A stretch of 64,000 nt of DNA, taken from Moniliella sp. 'wahieum' (Eukaryota). Below, in pieces: positions 1 through 14,345 of the stretch (position 1 is the first letter of the stretch; each line of letters starts with the position of its first letter). Position numbers and translations under genes: made by a program. The stretch covers positions 62,001 through 126,000 of the forward strand of contig RSEE01000127.1 in assembly GCA_003971905.1 (NCBI GenBank), written 5' to 3'. The notes beneath the pieces are model-generated. The model worked only from the letters and a program-made list of their open reading frames with translations, did no database searches and was not told the DNA's origin.

Positions 1-584
1 CTGCGAGAAAACGGAGTTCCAATAAAGAACACGCCGGTGTGCAACGAACATCAGCCCCCCCTCCACCCCTGGAAATGACGAGAAGCGGGAGTACTTTGGC
101 GCAGCAGGCCACACCAAAATGATGAGATTGGCAACTGTTGTAAAGGCATAGCTGCAGCATGACCTTCAGGATATTCGCATGTCCATAACGTTCATCCTTT
201 TGTGACAGGATTGCCCCAAAAGCCAGTTTCATCCGCGCCACTTGGCTTATTTCCACTTATTCTCTGTTAATTTATGTTGATTTTCCCTGCTTCTCTTCGT
301 TGTGCTACTTAGCCTATAGGCCCAGCTTGCGCGCTCAGCCTCGAAGGTCATTTGTTCTATTTATATAGCCTGTTGTCTCGCCTCACACTCCTCCTATTAC
401 TCTCATCCTCCGTAAATCTCAATCCAACTCTTCGCTTTCCCGTCTACGTTCCCTATAATAATGACTCTGTTTTTGTTCTTGGCCAATGTTCTCCGCTGAT
501 ATCTATACTTTGCATGAATGCTGCTTTGTTTGTTGACCTACAATATTCCTCAGTATCTACATCCCATCTCACTTGCTAATATAA

Positions 585-820
585 TTGTGTGGGACCAACG
601 ATCCCATGTGTAGGCCAAAAGATATCTATCATTACCTTTGGTCACACTTATTTTGACCTCTGGATCTGATGCCTCCACACGTGTATACTCCGACTTGTCT
701 GAACCCCAGTCTCATCCTGGTGTGGTCGAAGGCTTAAACCTCCACCACGGCCTTCGCGATGGCATTTCCATATATCTCCAACAGAGGTGTTCTCAACCCA
801 GCCCGTTGTGTTCCTCCAAA
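585..820 (-). mobile_element. Degenerate dispersed repeat, probable 3' part of a non-LTR (LINE-like) element; same family as 58195-58405
   Basis: By eye 585-820 aligns in the same orientation with 58195-58405 (gcctccacacgtgtatactc..gaaccccagt..aaggcttaaacctc vs gcctccacgtgtatactc..gaacccctgt..aaggcttagacctc); both give minus-strand GVQTSxSIHV. Confidence 0.5.
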
Positions 821-1689
821 ATCTTGCACAATAGGGTCGTGACGGTGAACAGTGACTTCCGCCTAGCCTCATCGGTTTTCGGGGCCAAAGCTCACTGAAA
901 CGATCCTAGTGACTATATCCATACCATGTGTAGAATGTAATACAGGCCGAGGGTCAAAAAATGCTGCTCCTGTTACTGCCAGGCTCGCTCATCCGGCGCG
1001 TGCTGTTAGCTCCTGCCAACCCAAGATCACGAAGGCAAAAGAGGACTTGGCCCGCGGGTCAGGACCCTCTGCATCTTCCGGCCATTCCCTTCCAAACCGT
1101 ATACAGAGTGAGTTATATACGACTAACAGCGTAGTGGGCGATGATGAAGAGAACTTTGCACCATTCTAAATGGAGATTGCTCCCATAGCATGATTCTGCT
1201 ACAGTGTTTATAGGGATCTTTTTTGTTGGCAATATTGGGGCAAAGTACTCGCGCGTCTCTGCATAACGGATTATGGGAAGACAGGCTCTTGAGTGCGTAC
1301 CTGTTAGGATCGAGGTCTGTGGACGACTGGAGTTTTTTGCAGTTGGCTCAGGGAGAGGGGGGACAAAAACACGAGGCAAAGATGCGTGCCATTCTGTTTG
1401 GGTTTCTCTACCCTCAACACAACTTTTCCTTTATTTTATCGCCGCGGTGAGCATTGAACAAGCTTGGAGCTTGATTCCTCCTGTCTTTCCTTTGTCCTCT
1501 TGTCAGCTACCGACACTGGTGCCGTCACTTCTTAAAGGGTTCTCCATTTCCCTTATCGCCCTTTTGGATGCGCTTATATATGTGTGCACAAAACATCTGT
1601 TGAGCTTTTACAAGGAGAGACCTGGAGCAAAGGGATGATCAGGAATAGAGGTGGACCACACGCTGCGCGACGCGGGAACGCAAGAGGCG

Positions 1690-2200
1690 CAGAGCGCGTA
1701 CCGGCGGGTGGTGCACGAGAGCATTGCGTCACCTTTGGAACACCGGGAGAAGGAGCTGCTTCGGCTGCTGGAACAAGCAGAATGCGACAAGAACGCCAAG
1801 TACCAGGAACGCACTCAAGAGCCGTTTTCCCACTGGTTTTCACGACGCGAAGAGGATACTACGGCACCAAGACAGCGGTCAAGATAGTATTTGCGCATTG
1901 GAAGGATTTGGTTACGGAGTCTCAATGGAAATGGTTCCTCGCTCGGATTGTCTATACCACGTTCATCCGTGTTCACAGTGACGCGCTTCCTAATAGGGTA
2001 TACGGGGCCGGATGGCGACCACGGAGGGACCTGATATCCTGACGATCCCCCTGGTTCCTTGACCTTGGTGGCGCTTCCAAGCAACCCCCGCAAGATGAAC
2101 GGTTCGGTTTAGACGCGTAGTAGCGTTCCGCCTGTCCCAGCCTTAAAGCTTAAGCTTGTCAATGATATGGATTCGAAGGAGAGACGAGACGAAGCCACAG
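1690..2200 (+). mobile_element. Relic 3' end of a restriction-like-endonuclease (RLE; CRE/Cnl1-type) non-LTR retrotransposon, copy 1
   Basis: Frameshifted peptide LLEQAECDKNAKYQE..FPLVFTTRRGYYGTKTAVKIVFAHWKDLV resembles the K..KY..F.PLV...G C-terminal RLE motif; second copy at ~16090-16610. Confidence 0.55.
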
Positions 2201-4211
2201 CTTTTAAAATGCGAGTATCGAATATTGATTCGACAGTGCATGTATCTCACAATAACTCCTGCGAACGAGATGGAAGAGATGGTGGTGAGAAATAAAGGAT
2301 GCGACAAAGAACGAGAGCTGTGGGAACATTACCGCCCACAGTCGCCCAAAAATTAGGCCACGGCCCAAGTAGCAATCCTTTTTATCGACCGGCCTTCTAT
2401 CCCACACATCACGTGCATTATAAACAGGCCATCAAAGATGTTTGGAATTGCGTAACAAACCGCTACAGTTAAGCCGCGGCACCCCGCACAGATCCAATTA
2501 CCGCTGGGGGGCAATGGGGGAGCGATCTCAGATTTCACTAGTAATCCTGAACTTCGAATGCTGACCGGTTACCGGTTACCTTCCCTAAGCCCCTAATCCG
2601 GTATCTCTCTCTTCAGGCGTTGTGTCCATGTCACATGATGAGATCTGAGAGATTCACCTTATACAGTGCATGTCTTTCGCCTCATAATACCCTTTTTTCC
2701 TTGGCGCAAATATTAAATCACGATATCCACACACAGACCACCAATCAGCTAGTCACTAGTCACTAACCTATGCACTCGTTCTAGAGGGAACATATGCTTT
2801 CCACCATTGAAATTGATACAATTGATGGAAGAGAAGGTTTGGGTGCGGTGGGGCGGGTCGATCCGTTGATTATAATTGACCGACGTGCGCTCAGTAACAT
2901 GTAACAGAAAGGCTTGCTGACACTGCCCTTCCCCGTTGTGCCTTATATACTCTTTACACGGTGCAGCTGTATAATCGCGTGGGAGTAACTCGCGTAAGTC
3001 TATAGCAAAACCGGTAACCTAGTAACAACTGTCGTATATCTGTGGAGGTAAAATGCCATCAGGTGTGTCAGGCTCAGGGCCGCATAGCAGAGGCAGAGCC
3101 ATGGTTCTCGCCTGGCCATGTAGTGTCTGTGTCAGTGGGGTTCAGGGACATGTGACGAGGAATGTTATAATGCGGAGAGAAAGGCAGGGGCGTTGTTGGG
3201 CTCTGAGACCCTGCTGAGAGGCTTGATGTCACCGGTCAAGCTCAAGTCTCAGAGGTCCGGTCTGAGTGAGGCCTTGAAGCTTGAAGCTTGAGGGCTTGAA
3301 GGACGCAGTTGAGGATCTGAAAGGTAGCCGGTGGGTTGGGGAAGAGGGGGGAAGTGAAGTGCTCAGGCTGTTCAAGCGCTCGCGCAAGCCACGATATGGC
3401 GATTTGTGGCGACTATTACAGTAATTGATTGTGGCTAGACTGCAATAATGACAACCGACGACAAAACAAACATGGACCGCCGTTCTCCACTAGTTACCGG
3501 GCATGCATAGCAACCCCCCTGGGGAAAGCCAGGATAGGTAGGTATACTAGCACAGTCAGGAGAGGAAAAGATGCGCGAGAGGCAGGCCCGTTTCGGCTCT
3601 CTTCCGCCTCCTTGTTTGCTTCACTGCGAGTGCATTCCTCTGATATCACGCTACTTCTCTCTGTCGTTCTCGTTGCCCATACGGTACCGGGCGTGGATTG
3701 AGGTTCCACGCCTGGGGGGCGCAAGGACGGAACAGAGCTACACACCTTTTGCACAGAAGTATTGCTGGATAGCAGACGTGACTTGTGCCCCGATAGCAGA
3801 TGCTGCGGTTGGGCAGCACGTGATATTAGGGACAATGCATTGATGGATGAGATCGATAGGATCTGAGATGATCGATGAGAGATCTGAGATAGGATGGGAG
3901 GCGCGTCCAGGCCCCAGGGCAGGGTGGGGGACGAAATTGACAACTCGAGCTAATTGGCTGTTACTTTTTTTTTGCTCGACGCGCCGCATTGAGCATGGCA
4001 GGCACGAGGCGTGTGTGCAGCCTGGCAGCGGCCGTGCTGCGTACCTCCGCCTACAGCGCACTGGGCCCGTGCCACGGGCTGGACGTGGTCTTAGATACCA
4101 GGCACAGAGGCCGCGGCCCAGGTCATAAAATCAACCGAGCGAATCAGCGCTCTCTTCTCCGTCCGTCCTGGCAACCACCTCCATCTCTTCCTCTCCCGCC
4201 GCCTCCTCGCC

Positions 4212-7200
4212 ATGCCGCCGTCAACGAGCGTGGTCATCAGTCAGCTCGAGCCTGCGGTCTTCCTTCGCGGGCAGAGCGCCGCTGGCCAGGATGCGCGTGG
4301 CCGCCGCAGGCAGGTCAACATGACTGGCCAGCCCAGTCAGTTGCGTGCTCTCCTCAGCCTGCACGTCTCCAAGCCCATCCGCGTGCGCGAGATTAGCATC
4401 ACCCTTGAGGGCACCTCCCACACTGAGTGGCCTGAGGGGATCGGCCCCAACCGTCTCGAGCTCTTCGAGGACTCGGAGATCATCAAGCAAACCACCACCC
4501 TATTTTCCGCCCGCCGCGACAACGCCACGACTGCTGCGCCCCGTTCCTTATCTCAATCGGCTGGCAGCACCCCACTCTCTACACCCCCCTCAACGCCTGG
4601 ACCCGCCCCCAGACTTTTCAGAGGCCGCTCCTCCAGCTTGGACACGAACCAGGCGCCTTCCCTTAACGCCCTGCCCCCAGCCCCTCGCTCTGTCTCCTCC
4701 TCTCGCGGCGGCCGCAGCTCGAGTGCAGCCCGCGGCCCCACTCCAGCCGACCGCGTTCTGGCGGACCGCGAGAGCAAATCGGATATCCGATCAGCAATCA
4801 GCAATGTTGCATCGCGCGCCGGCGCCGCCTTGCGGCCGCCGTCTCCTTCCACCCCTATCCATGATCCAGGACGCGCATCGGGGTCCCCTCTACACTCTCG
4901 TGGCCGAGAAGGCTTTCCACGCAGTGCTCCAACCACACCAGGTGAAGGTCCTTCTCTCTTGAGCACCTATCCTGCGGTGGAGCGCGAACGGGTTTTGAGT
5001 CCCCTGGAAAAGGGGCTGAAGAAACTCAACATAGCTCGCTCTCGGAGCCGGAGTGCGTCACGAGAGGGGGGACAGCCCCCAGCGTCAACGCCAACCCGCA
5101 GCACAGCACGGGCACCGAGCAAGGGTCCAGACGGCGGACCGCCCCCCGCCCCATCGTCCGGGCGCGCTGCTGCCCCCATTGCCATCTCTCGTGTCCCTGA
5201 GTCTGAGTCGGAAGACCATGTCCCCGATTACTTCAACCACTCACCCCACCACATGTCCCTACCCAGCAGTGCGGTGACTACCCCTTACACGGAGGAACCT
5301 CCAACCTACACCTATGATCCCCCAGATGGCTCGTTGACAACTCTCTCCAGCTCGGACGAAGCACTTCCATTGAGTGAACCTACCTCGGCTGGCTCGGCTC
5401 CTTCGACTTTTACAGACTCGGGTGGGATGGCAGCTGTGCCGCCCCAGCCACAACCGTCCCCTTCCAACAGGGTGTCGCCCGAGCTCCGCCCTCCGGGGCG
5501 TCCCTCGGACCCTGCACCCGAGAGCGTCTGGGCAGCTGGCCCCCAAGGCAAGAGTATCTTGCACCATACGCCTCGTGAACGGACTCGGGACGTATCGATC
5601 CCTCCTCCCGGTGCAGTTAGGTTTGATCCAACTACGATGGGCACCCAAACACACGGCGTGTCCCCTCCGTCCGGCTCGGCTGTAACAAGCCCCCAAAGCT
5701 CATCTCCACACAACCCCTCCACTCCGCTCTCCGAGCGGCACCGGTCTAAATTGGTTGGTATGGGGATGCTCAGTCGTGCCCTTGCCGACCAGGGTCGTGA
5801 CAACGAAGACAATTCTGAATTTAAACCTGGTATGTGCCCTACTCTGCTCTTCTGTTCAGCGGTGTCTGACTGCTGGCTGTCTCTTGCACCTTCTAGGCAC
5901 CTACACGTTCCCCATTTGCATCCCTCTGCCTAGCAACCTACCGCCCACGCTGCACGCCGACTTTGGTGGCAACACGTATATGCTGAAGGCGCTCGTCCAG
6001 CGACCGGGAGCGTTGACGCCCAATCTGACGGCCGAGAAGGAAGTGACGCTGGTCCATGCACCTGAAGACGAAGAGCTGGAGCAACTGGATCCGATTGTGG
6101 TGCAGCGCATCTGGGAAGACGCTCTGTCCTACGTAGTGATCATCAGTGGCAAGAGCTTCCCTATTGGCGGGAGCAAGATTCCCATCTGGCTTAAGTTTGT
6201 GCCCTTGACCAAGATATCGGTGCATCGCTTGACGGTGAGTCTGGAAGAGAAGACGGATTACTTTGCCAAAGGGCGAAAGGTGGCTCGACACGAGAACCCT
6301 CGTAAATGGCAACTTGTCCATCTCTCCAATGCGGATGGGACGCCACTACTCCCTGTACCAGACGATCCGCAAGCCTATCGAAACTTGCAGAATGCGACAT
6401 TGGCCCCCCTGTTCGTGGCCGGTACGGACCCAGGTGATGTGATGGCGCCTGATCCCGAAGATGCATTGGCGCGGATGATGGATCCGAATGGGCCGTGGGA
6501 GATGGTTCTAGACGTGGAGATACCCAAGAAGCTGCCCAAGCTCAACCTTTCGTCGAGCCACGCCAAAAGCAGCATTGCTGTTCACCATACGCTCCAGATT
6601 GTGATCCGGATCGAACGTGGCGCTGATCCAGACTCTACCTCAAAGCGACGCCTGTTTGACATTGTGATTGAGGCACCCATTTCGCTCAACCACTCGTACA
6701 CCAACGACGATTGGATCAAGCTGCCTAATTACGACCAGCCCGAGGGCACACGTTCCCTGCCCACTGATGGTATGGGACAGGGTATGTTCCAACCCGATCC
6801 TGTTACCACGCCAGGCGCTCCCTCGTTGCCCCTGCATCGGGAAGAAGACCGTGGTCGGTCGCGCAATGCGGGAGGCATGTTACCGCGCCTATTGAGTTCC
6901 AGCGCCTCGCGCGACCGCTCAATGGCGCGGGGCCCGTCGAATGATCGCACCAGTGACCGTTCGTCTTCCGGGCCATTTAGTTCGCCCTATTCACACCTTC
7001 CACTCACACTCCGCACGCCGCGCTCGTCGGTAGAAGGCGGGAGCCCTCGTCCAGTTCTCTGCGAGGGCTGCCGGGCGGGAAGAAGGTGGGCGAGGCACCG
7101 CCTGCGCAAACGCAGTCGGCCGAGTCGCGCGCCTGTCTCGGCGCTGGTTGGCGTTGAGCCAAGCGAGCGCACGCTTTGGCACCAACCTCGAGCTTCCGGG

Positions 7201-7296
7201 CGAGCACCGGGAAGGGGAAGATGGCCTTCCGGAGCCTTCGGAGCCGCCACCGCCTTCGTACCAGGCCGCGGTGTTTTCGCTGCCTGTGGCGCCTGA
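4212..7296 (+). CDS. Alpha-arrestin (ART-type ubiquitin-ligase adaptor) with a large disordered insertion
   Basis: Arrestin-N strands (LRALLSLHVSKPIRVREISITLEGTSHTEWPEG; FKPG/TYTFPICIPLPSNLPPTLHADFG), arrestin-C region, PY-like motifs PPTY and LPNY; intron 5830-5896 (GTATGT..CTGAC..CTAG). 3' end uncertain because of frameshifts. Confidence 0.85.
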
Positions 7297-7437
7297 CGCC
7301 GGCGTGGAAGGTTAGGGTGGGGCGGGGGCGTTGGGGAGTGCGCCATGAGCAGCCGAGTTGGCGCAGTGGAGGCCCAGCACGGCAACGGATCGGCGAGTAC
7401 TGGAATCCTGTTGAAGCGTTGGTGCGCGCGTGGCCGG

Positions 7438-7471
7438 GGGTAGATGGTAGATGGTAGATGGTAGATGGTAG
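7438..7471. repeat. (GGTAGAT)n 7-bp tandem repeat, ~4.5 copies
   Basis: Read directly: ggtagatggtagatggtagatggtagatggtag. Confidence 0.9.
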
Positions 7472-7699
7472 CACTACGGCTATCATTCGGTACGTGTACT
7501 ACTTGTACACGTTTACCCCAGACGCGCCCCCAATCAAGCCGCGGTGCCAACGTGGCGGCTGACATAAGCGTCCGCTGACGCAGCGCGGCCGGCTGGCTGA
7601 GGCCGCTGGCCTGCCTGGGGCGGGCGTGCGCAGCGCCCCGGCCGCACCGCCATCGTCCCGCCCCCACCACTCTCTGGCGCATCGGTCGTGGCGCTCAGC

Positions 7700-9075
7700 A
7701 TGTCGCGCTCCAACGTCATCATCCTCGACAACGGCACTGGCTTCTCCAAGATTGGGTGCGTCCATTCGTCCATCTTCCCCCTCCCCGCTAACTCCCTTGC
7801 CCTCTTCCCCCTTCCGCAGCTATGCCGGCAACTCGGAGCCTTCGTTTGTCTTCCCCACTGCCATTGCGCTTCGCCCGCAAGGCGGTTCCGCTGCTTCCAC
7901 GGCTTCGGGACGGCCCAGTGTGCCGACCAAGCCAGCCGGACTGGGCGGCGCCGGCAACCTGGCGACAAAGCGCGGGATCGAGGATCTGGACTTTTACATT
8001 GGCGACGAGGCATTTGCTCACGCCAAGTCGTACCAGGTCGAGCAGCCCATCCGTCATGGTCTGGTGGACAATTGGGACCATATGGAACGCTACTGGGAGC
8101 AGTGCATTTTCAAATATCTTCGTGCCGAGCCCGAAGAACACTATGCGATGCTCACTGAGCCTCCGCTGAACCCGCCCGAGAACCGTGAGATGACGGCTGA
8201 AATCTTTTTCGAGTCGTTCAATATCAAGGGCCTGTACATTGCCGTCCAGGCTGTCTTGGCTCTTGCAGCTTCTTGGACGTCCAATAAGGTTACTGATCGC
8301 ACCCTGACCGGCACCGTCGTTGACTCGGGCGATGGTGTGACCCATGTCATTCCCGTGGCTGAAGGCTACGTGATTGGCAGTTCCATCAAGCACATCCCCA
8401 TTGCTGGTCGTGATATTACCTACTTTGTCCAGCAGCTGCTGCGTGATCGCGGAGAGGCTGCCAACATCCCTCCCGAGGACAGCCGCCGGGTCGCTGAGAA
8501 GATTAAGGAAGACTACTGCTACGTCTGCCAGGACATTGTTCGCGAGTTCCGCAAATACGATGCCGACCCGTACAAGTACTTTGAGCGCTTCACGGGCGAG
8601 AACAAGGTGACGAACAAGACGTACGATGTGGATGTGGGATACGAACGTTTCCTTGCGCCGGAGATCTTTTTCAATCCCGAAATCCTCTCCTCGGATTTCC
8701 TCACTCCGCTTCCGGAGGTGGTGGACAACGTGATTCAGGGCAGCCCGATCGATGTGCGCAGAGGGTTGTACAAGAACATTGTCCTTTCGGGTGGGTCGAC
8801 CATGTTCCAGCATTTTGGCGCTCGTCTGAAGAAGATCTGCGGGACATCGTCGATCGTCGTTGCTGCGTCGGAGCTGGCTGCCGGCGGCAACGCTCGCTCG
8901 TCCGGGATGGACGTCAACGTCATCTCGCACAAGATGCAGCGCTACGCGGTTTGGTATGGTGGTTCTCTCCTTGGGTCTCTGCCCGACTTTTACAACTTTT
9001 GCTACACCAAGGCCGACTATGATGAGCACGGCCCGAGTATTGTCCGCAAGTTTTCGATTCTGGGCGCGCGTGTGA
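7700..9075 (+). CDS. ARP3: Actin-related protein 3 (Arp2/3 complex)
   Basis: [19 protein letters not shown], intron 7756-7819, then [67 protein letters not shown]. Confidence 0.97.
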
Positions 9076-9420
9076 GCACTGAGACGGGATTGTACTGGCC
9101 CTGGCCTAATCCGCCGATCGATCAAATGCACTCCATCTCGATTCTGTTACATGTTACACCTTTGGCAGGTCTGTATGTACATTCATACTAAGAACAAAAA
9201 CCCACAGTTCAGGGAAGACAGAGCTATAGGGTTCGATGGGGAATCACGGGCTCTTCAAAGGAAACGGGGACAGGAGGGATAGGCACGACCACAAGGCGGT
9301 ACCGCTCCCAGAATGAACGAAAGTAAGGCCGGCAGAGAGTAAAGGGGGCACGGGCAAATGCTGCCGACCACGCACCATCAAGGCAGGGAGAGAAGGGAGG
9401 ATGCAGTTTGCAATCTGCCC

Positions 9421-10736
9421 TTAGTTACGCAAAAAGCCCTTTTCTTGGTTTGACTCTGCTTTTCAGGAGTGAAGGGACGGCCCATCTCGACTCGCCGCTT
9501 GCGGTCGACGAGCTCGGCCTGCTGCGCTTCGAGGGACGCCTTCATTTCGCGGTGGCGTGAGTAGAGCTCCTCCTCGGATTGCTTCAGCTTGGCTTCCTTC
9601 TCGGCAACTTTTTGCTGGAAGACAAGCTTCATCTCGTTCTCCATCTTGGCCAACTTGCCTCGTGTAGCGCTCGCTCCTCGGCAATCTTGGCAGCCGGATT
9701 GACTTCTTTGAACACAGAGTGTGTCCTGTGCGACACCCATGGCCAGCAACTTTTCTGTGCGGTACTTTTCGTACAGCGTGTTGTTGGTGTGCTCCTTGAG
9801 TTCCTCCATGTGGGTCCGGATGAGCATCTGACGCAACTTGACAAAGTCGCAATGATCTCATTGTCCACCTCGATCACGCCCCATGGGTAGCCCGCCCACG
9901 CACGCGCCGGCCATCGGCCGTGTCCACCTCAGAGTTGGCGCCAACGACCGCAAAGGGCACCTTGCGCTAAAAATGCCATAACAACATGTCAGGTGTCAGT
10001 GTACCGGTAGCGGAAGGAACTCGGGGGAGACATACGGCAATTTCCGCATTCTCTGCATACGTCTCCTCGTCGTCATTATCGTAGACAGGAGCGTGGAAAA
10101 TGTCAATCTGGTGATAGGCAATGTCGGCAAGAATGCGTTCCTTGAAGGCACTGATCTCCTCGTCCGTGAGCGTATCCGACTTGGCAATGACGGGGATGAG
10201 GTTGACCTTGGTGTGAAGGCGGCGCATAAACTCCACGTCGATCGGGCGCAGGGCATGGCCGGTGGGCTGGATGAAGTACAAGCATGCATGGACACGGTTG
10301 TCAACGAGCTTGTTACGGTTCACCCGGTTCTCCTGCTCGAGGTACGCGTCAAAGCGCTGCTCAATGTTGTCGACAATGGGCTTCCAAGAGCCGTCGTTGT
10401 TGACGAAGTCGCCAAATCCGGGCGTGTCCACCACATTGAGGCGCAGACGCACCCCGCTCTCCTCAATGTCGGCGCTGATGGACTCGATGGCGACCGTCGA
10501 CGGGCGCTCGGCATGGGGGGGGGGACTGCCTTGGCCGGGTAGAGGGGGGTGCTGAAAAGGGTGTTGACCAGCGTCGACTTGCCCAGTCCGCTCTCGCCAA
10601 CAACCATGCAGGTAAAGGTGAAGCCCTTGCGGACGCTCTTGCGGTGAACCTGGTTGGGCAGGTTGGCAAAGCCAACGTAGCCGGACAGTTTCTTGCGCGC
10701 AGGCGCAGCAGCAGGCGCGGCGGCGACGTCAGCCAT
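9421..10736 (-). CDS. CDC3: Septin, Cdc3/AspB group
   Basis: [26 protein letters not shown]-loop [21 protein letters not shown]-terminal coiled coil [15 protein letters not shown]; intron ~9967-10036; several apparent single-base frameshifts. Confidence 0.93.
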
Positions 10737-11192
10737 GGCGGAGGGCAGCAGGTGGCGAGGGAGGCGGAAAGGGCGAGGGAGAGGGCGAGGGCGAGGGCAG
10801 GCGCGATGGGGAGGGCAAACGCGAGGACTGGCGCCAGGACGCGGCAGGCGTTGCTGCCGCAGCCGTGGTACACTGCCCCGCGCCGGTCGCCTGCTCCACG
10901 TCGCCCCCACTCGCACAGCGCCTGTGTCTGGCAAGCGCGCCGACCGGCAGCCTTAGGGCGCGCGCGCCACCTTGCCCTGCCCTGTTCTGCAGGGGCACAA
11001 TCAATTGATCACGACACAGAGACTGGTGATCTAGTGATCGATGATCGCCGGCATAGTTGAACATTGAATAATTGAACACCCACCCAGACCCGAGCTCCTC
11101 CGAGGCTGCGTTACGCGTGGCAGACGCTATCCCCCTTTTCATTCCCTCTCCTCTCCATCTCCATCTCATCCCACAGGCAGTCACCTGAACTT

Positions 11193-12250
11193 TCACAATG
11201 CACCCACACTCTTGAGCAAACCCTCAAGCTCGTGCTTCTGGTCCAACGCGGCCAAGTCATCCGAGCCACCCAACAAGTCTCCACCAAAAGGATGGTAGGG
11301 AACGTCCGGTGGCCCGCAACCTCAGCAAAGCAGGTTGGAACGTCGAGTAGTCCGCTGCAGCAACCCGACAGTGTCAGCATGATAGGTCGACGCACCACAC
11401 AGGAAGAACACTCAGTACTCACGACGCACATCCACCTCGACCACGGTGAACTTGGCCTTGAGGTCAGTAAGCAGTTTCTTGGCCCGCTTCGAATAGGGGC
11501 AGTAGTAGGTTTGCTGAATACGACCACGCCTTCCGACGTGCGCTTCAGTCGCCAAGCGACAGGGTCCGAGCGATACTAGAGAAACCAGGCAGGTCAGTCC
11601 CTCGCCTCCTACTGCAATTCATACACATACCATGCCCAATCCTCCTTGCTCTCCCTGCCCTCGCGCACCAGCCGTTCGAGTGCCACATCCTGCTCGGCTC
11701 TGTTGGACGGCGTGAGCCAATCCTTCCAGTCTGCGGGCAAGGTCCAGGACGAAGGGTCATTGGCCATCCCCAAAACGGCGTGGAGGAAAAGGATGGTACG
11801 CTCAGTATGCGTCGTAGCCGCCTTGGCCAGCTCAACAAGGGGAAGCGGCACCAAAGTTGGTGCTGCTGGTGAAGGTGAAGGAGATGCAGATGCAGATGCA
11901 GATGCAGAAGAAGATGAAGGTGAGTCGACTGTTCCAGGGGGGGTTGTGAGTTCGGCAATCAAGGTTGGATCGGGGACGTCAGTCGTTCTTAGGACTGAGG
12001 ACGAGGAGGCCAATCTAGTCCTTGTGACGGGAAGTAACATTTCCTTTTTCCCAGGACCAGGGAGGTGCCAGCCGCGCACGTGGGCACATACGAGCAGTAC
12101 ACTGGCACCACCCAGGGCAAAAAGAAAGATGAGGAGCATGCGAGCACGACGCCGAGCAGGTCTTGCGTGGCGGTGCAACGTTGCTGGGCCGGGCAGCTCG
12201 TCGCCGCCTGAACCAATGTCGTTCAGTAGCTGGTACCGCTTTTCAGGCAT
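11193..12250 (-). CDS. Membrane-anchored monothiol glutaredoxin (CPYS; Grx6/Grx7-like)
   Basis: N-terminal RRRARMLLIFLFALGGASVLLVC anchor and Ser/Ala linker. Manual reading across frameshifts gives VVVFSK..YCPYSKRAKKLLTDLKAKFTVVEVD, an intron (GTGAGT..CTGAC..CAG, ~11357-11420), then GHRTFPTI..GDLLGGSDDLAALDQKHELEGLLKSVGAL*. Confidence 0.8.
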
Positions 12251-13258
12251 TTCTGGGAAGTATAAAGGACAAGAAAGAGCGGGCGTGAGGGGGGGGTTGA
12301 GTAGTTGGATAGGTATGTGGGAACGGTTGGCTGGCACGATGGTGGCGCAGGTCCACGTGCTACGGCTAATGGGCATAAGCCGAGTGATTAATAGACCACG
12401 GCCGTGACTTGTGGCATTTTAAATTTCAAATGTCACATGCATCGACATAATCCTCAGAGACCCTTAAGCTTTAAGCTTAAACGTCTTCAATTGAGGATGC
12501 ACCACCACCCCATCCTGGCAATGCGCTGATCGTGTTGGCCCCCACGTTCTTTCGTTTGGAGAGTAAGCCTATGGCAACCCCACACATCTGTAGAATACGT
12601 TGGATGGGAGCATCGGGGGTGTCCGAACAGCATCGGAGAGGGAGTTCAGCAAGGGTGACGCTCTCCCCCCCCGATGTCGCAGAAAGTTACCATAAACCGA
12701 CAGTAGCTTGAGCGGGGCGCCTATAGGCGGCGTACCTGGGCAGCATACCTATTCCTGAGAAACGAAGTAGTTACTCTCACTCCTCAGTTGAGATATGGGA
12801 TGAGAATTCGTTGGGAGGAAGCGGGGCCAGAGGTCTTGGGCCCCACAGAGTGTACGTCTTCACCAGTGACTTCATCCACCTTACCATGTTAGCATATGCC
12901 GTTTCGCGGCTCTCTTATGCACCACTATCGCCCAGGAAGCATGTCGGCTAACCTGCTTGCCAGTGTATCGCGTGTGTATGCTGAAGAGTATAGGATGGGC
13001 CCTGTAGCCTCCAGCCGCCTTCGTGGAATAGAATCGGATACATTTGGTTCTCTTGCCCGGCAATAAAGGGAAGAGGAAGACACATGCATTAGCCAGGCGC
13101 TCCAGTTGAGCGGCTAGCACAGCTCGTGTGATAACATTCGAAGAACAAAAAGTTGTAAAACACATCAAACACACCGGTACAAGGAGGACACCTGGTGCAG
13201 CGAAGAGCGCAGGCCTCTTGGCAAGTAAGGCACCAGGGGGGGAGAGCGCTTCCCGCCT

Positions 13259-14345
<1,087 letters not shown>

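Noticed and set aside
2582..2596. Telomere-like CCCTAA pair near the RLE relic
   Set aside because: Only two imperfect units, ~400 bp from the relic; expected by chance.
7438..7471. (GGTAGAT)n as a member of the palindromic heptamer class
   Set aside because: Period 7, but it has no TNA core or palindromic spacer; treated as an ordinary microsatellite.
7788..9131. Long antisense ORFs over ARP3, RPL9, the septin and other genes
   Set aside because: Shadow ORFs caused by GC-rich codon bias of the real gene on the opposite strand.
12560..12880. Possible structured ncRNA (catcggggg..cccccgatg stem; GGCTTACTCTC on the minus strand reminiscent of RNase MRP/P)
   Set aside because: The partner conserved region needed for the P4 helix was not found; an Rfam scan would be required.
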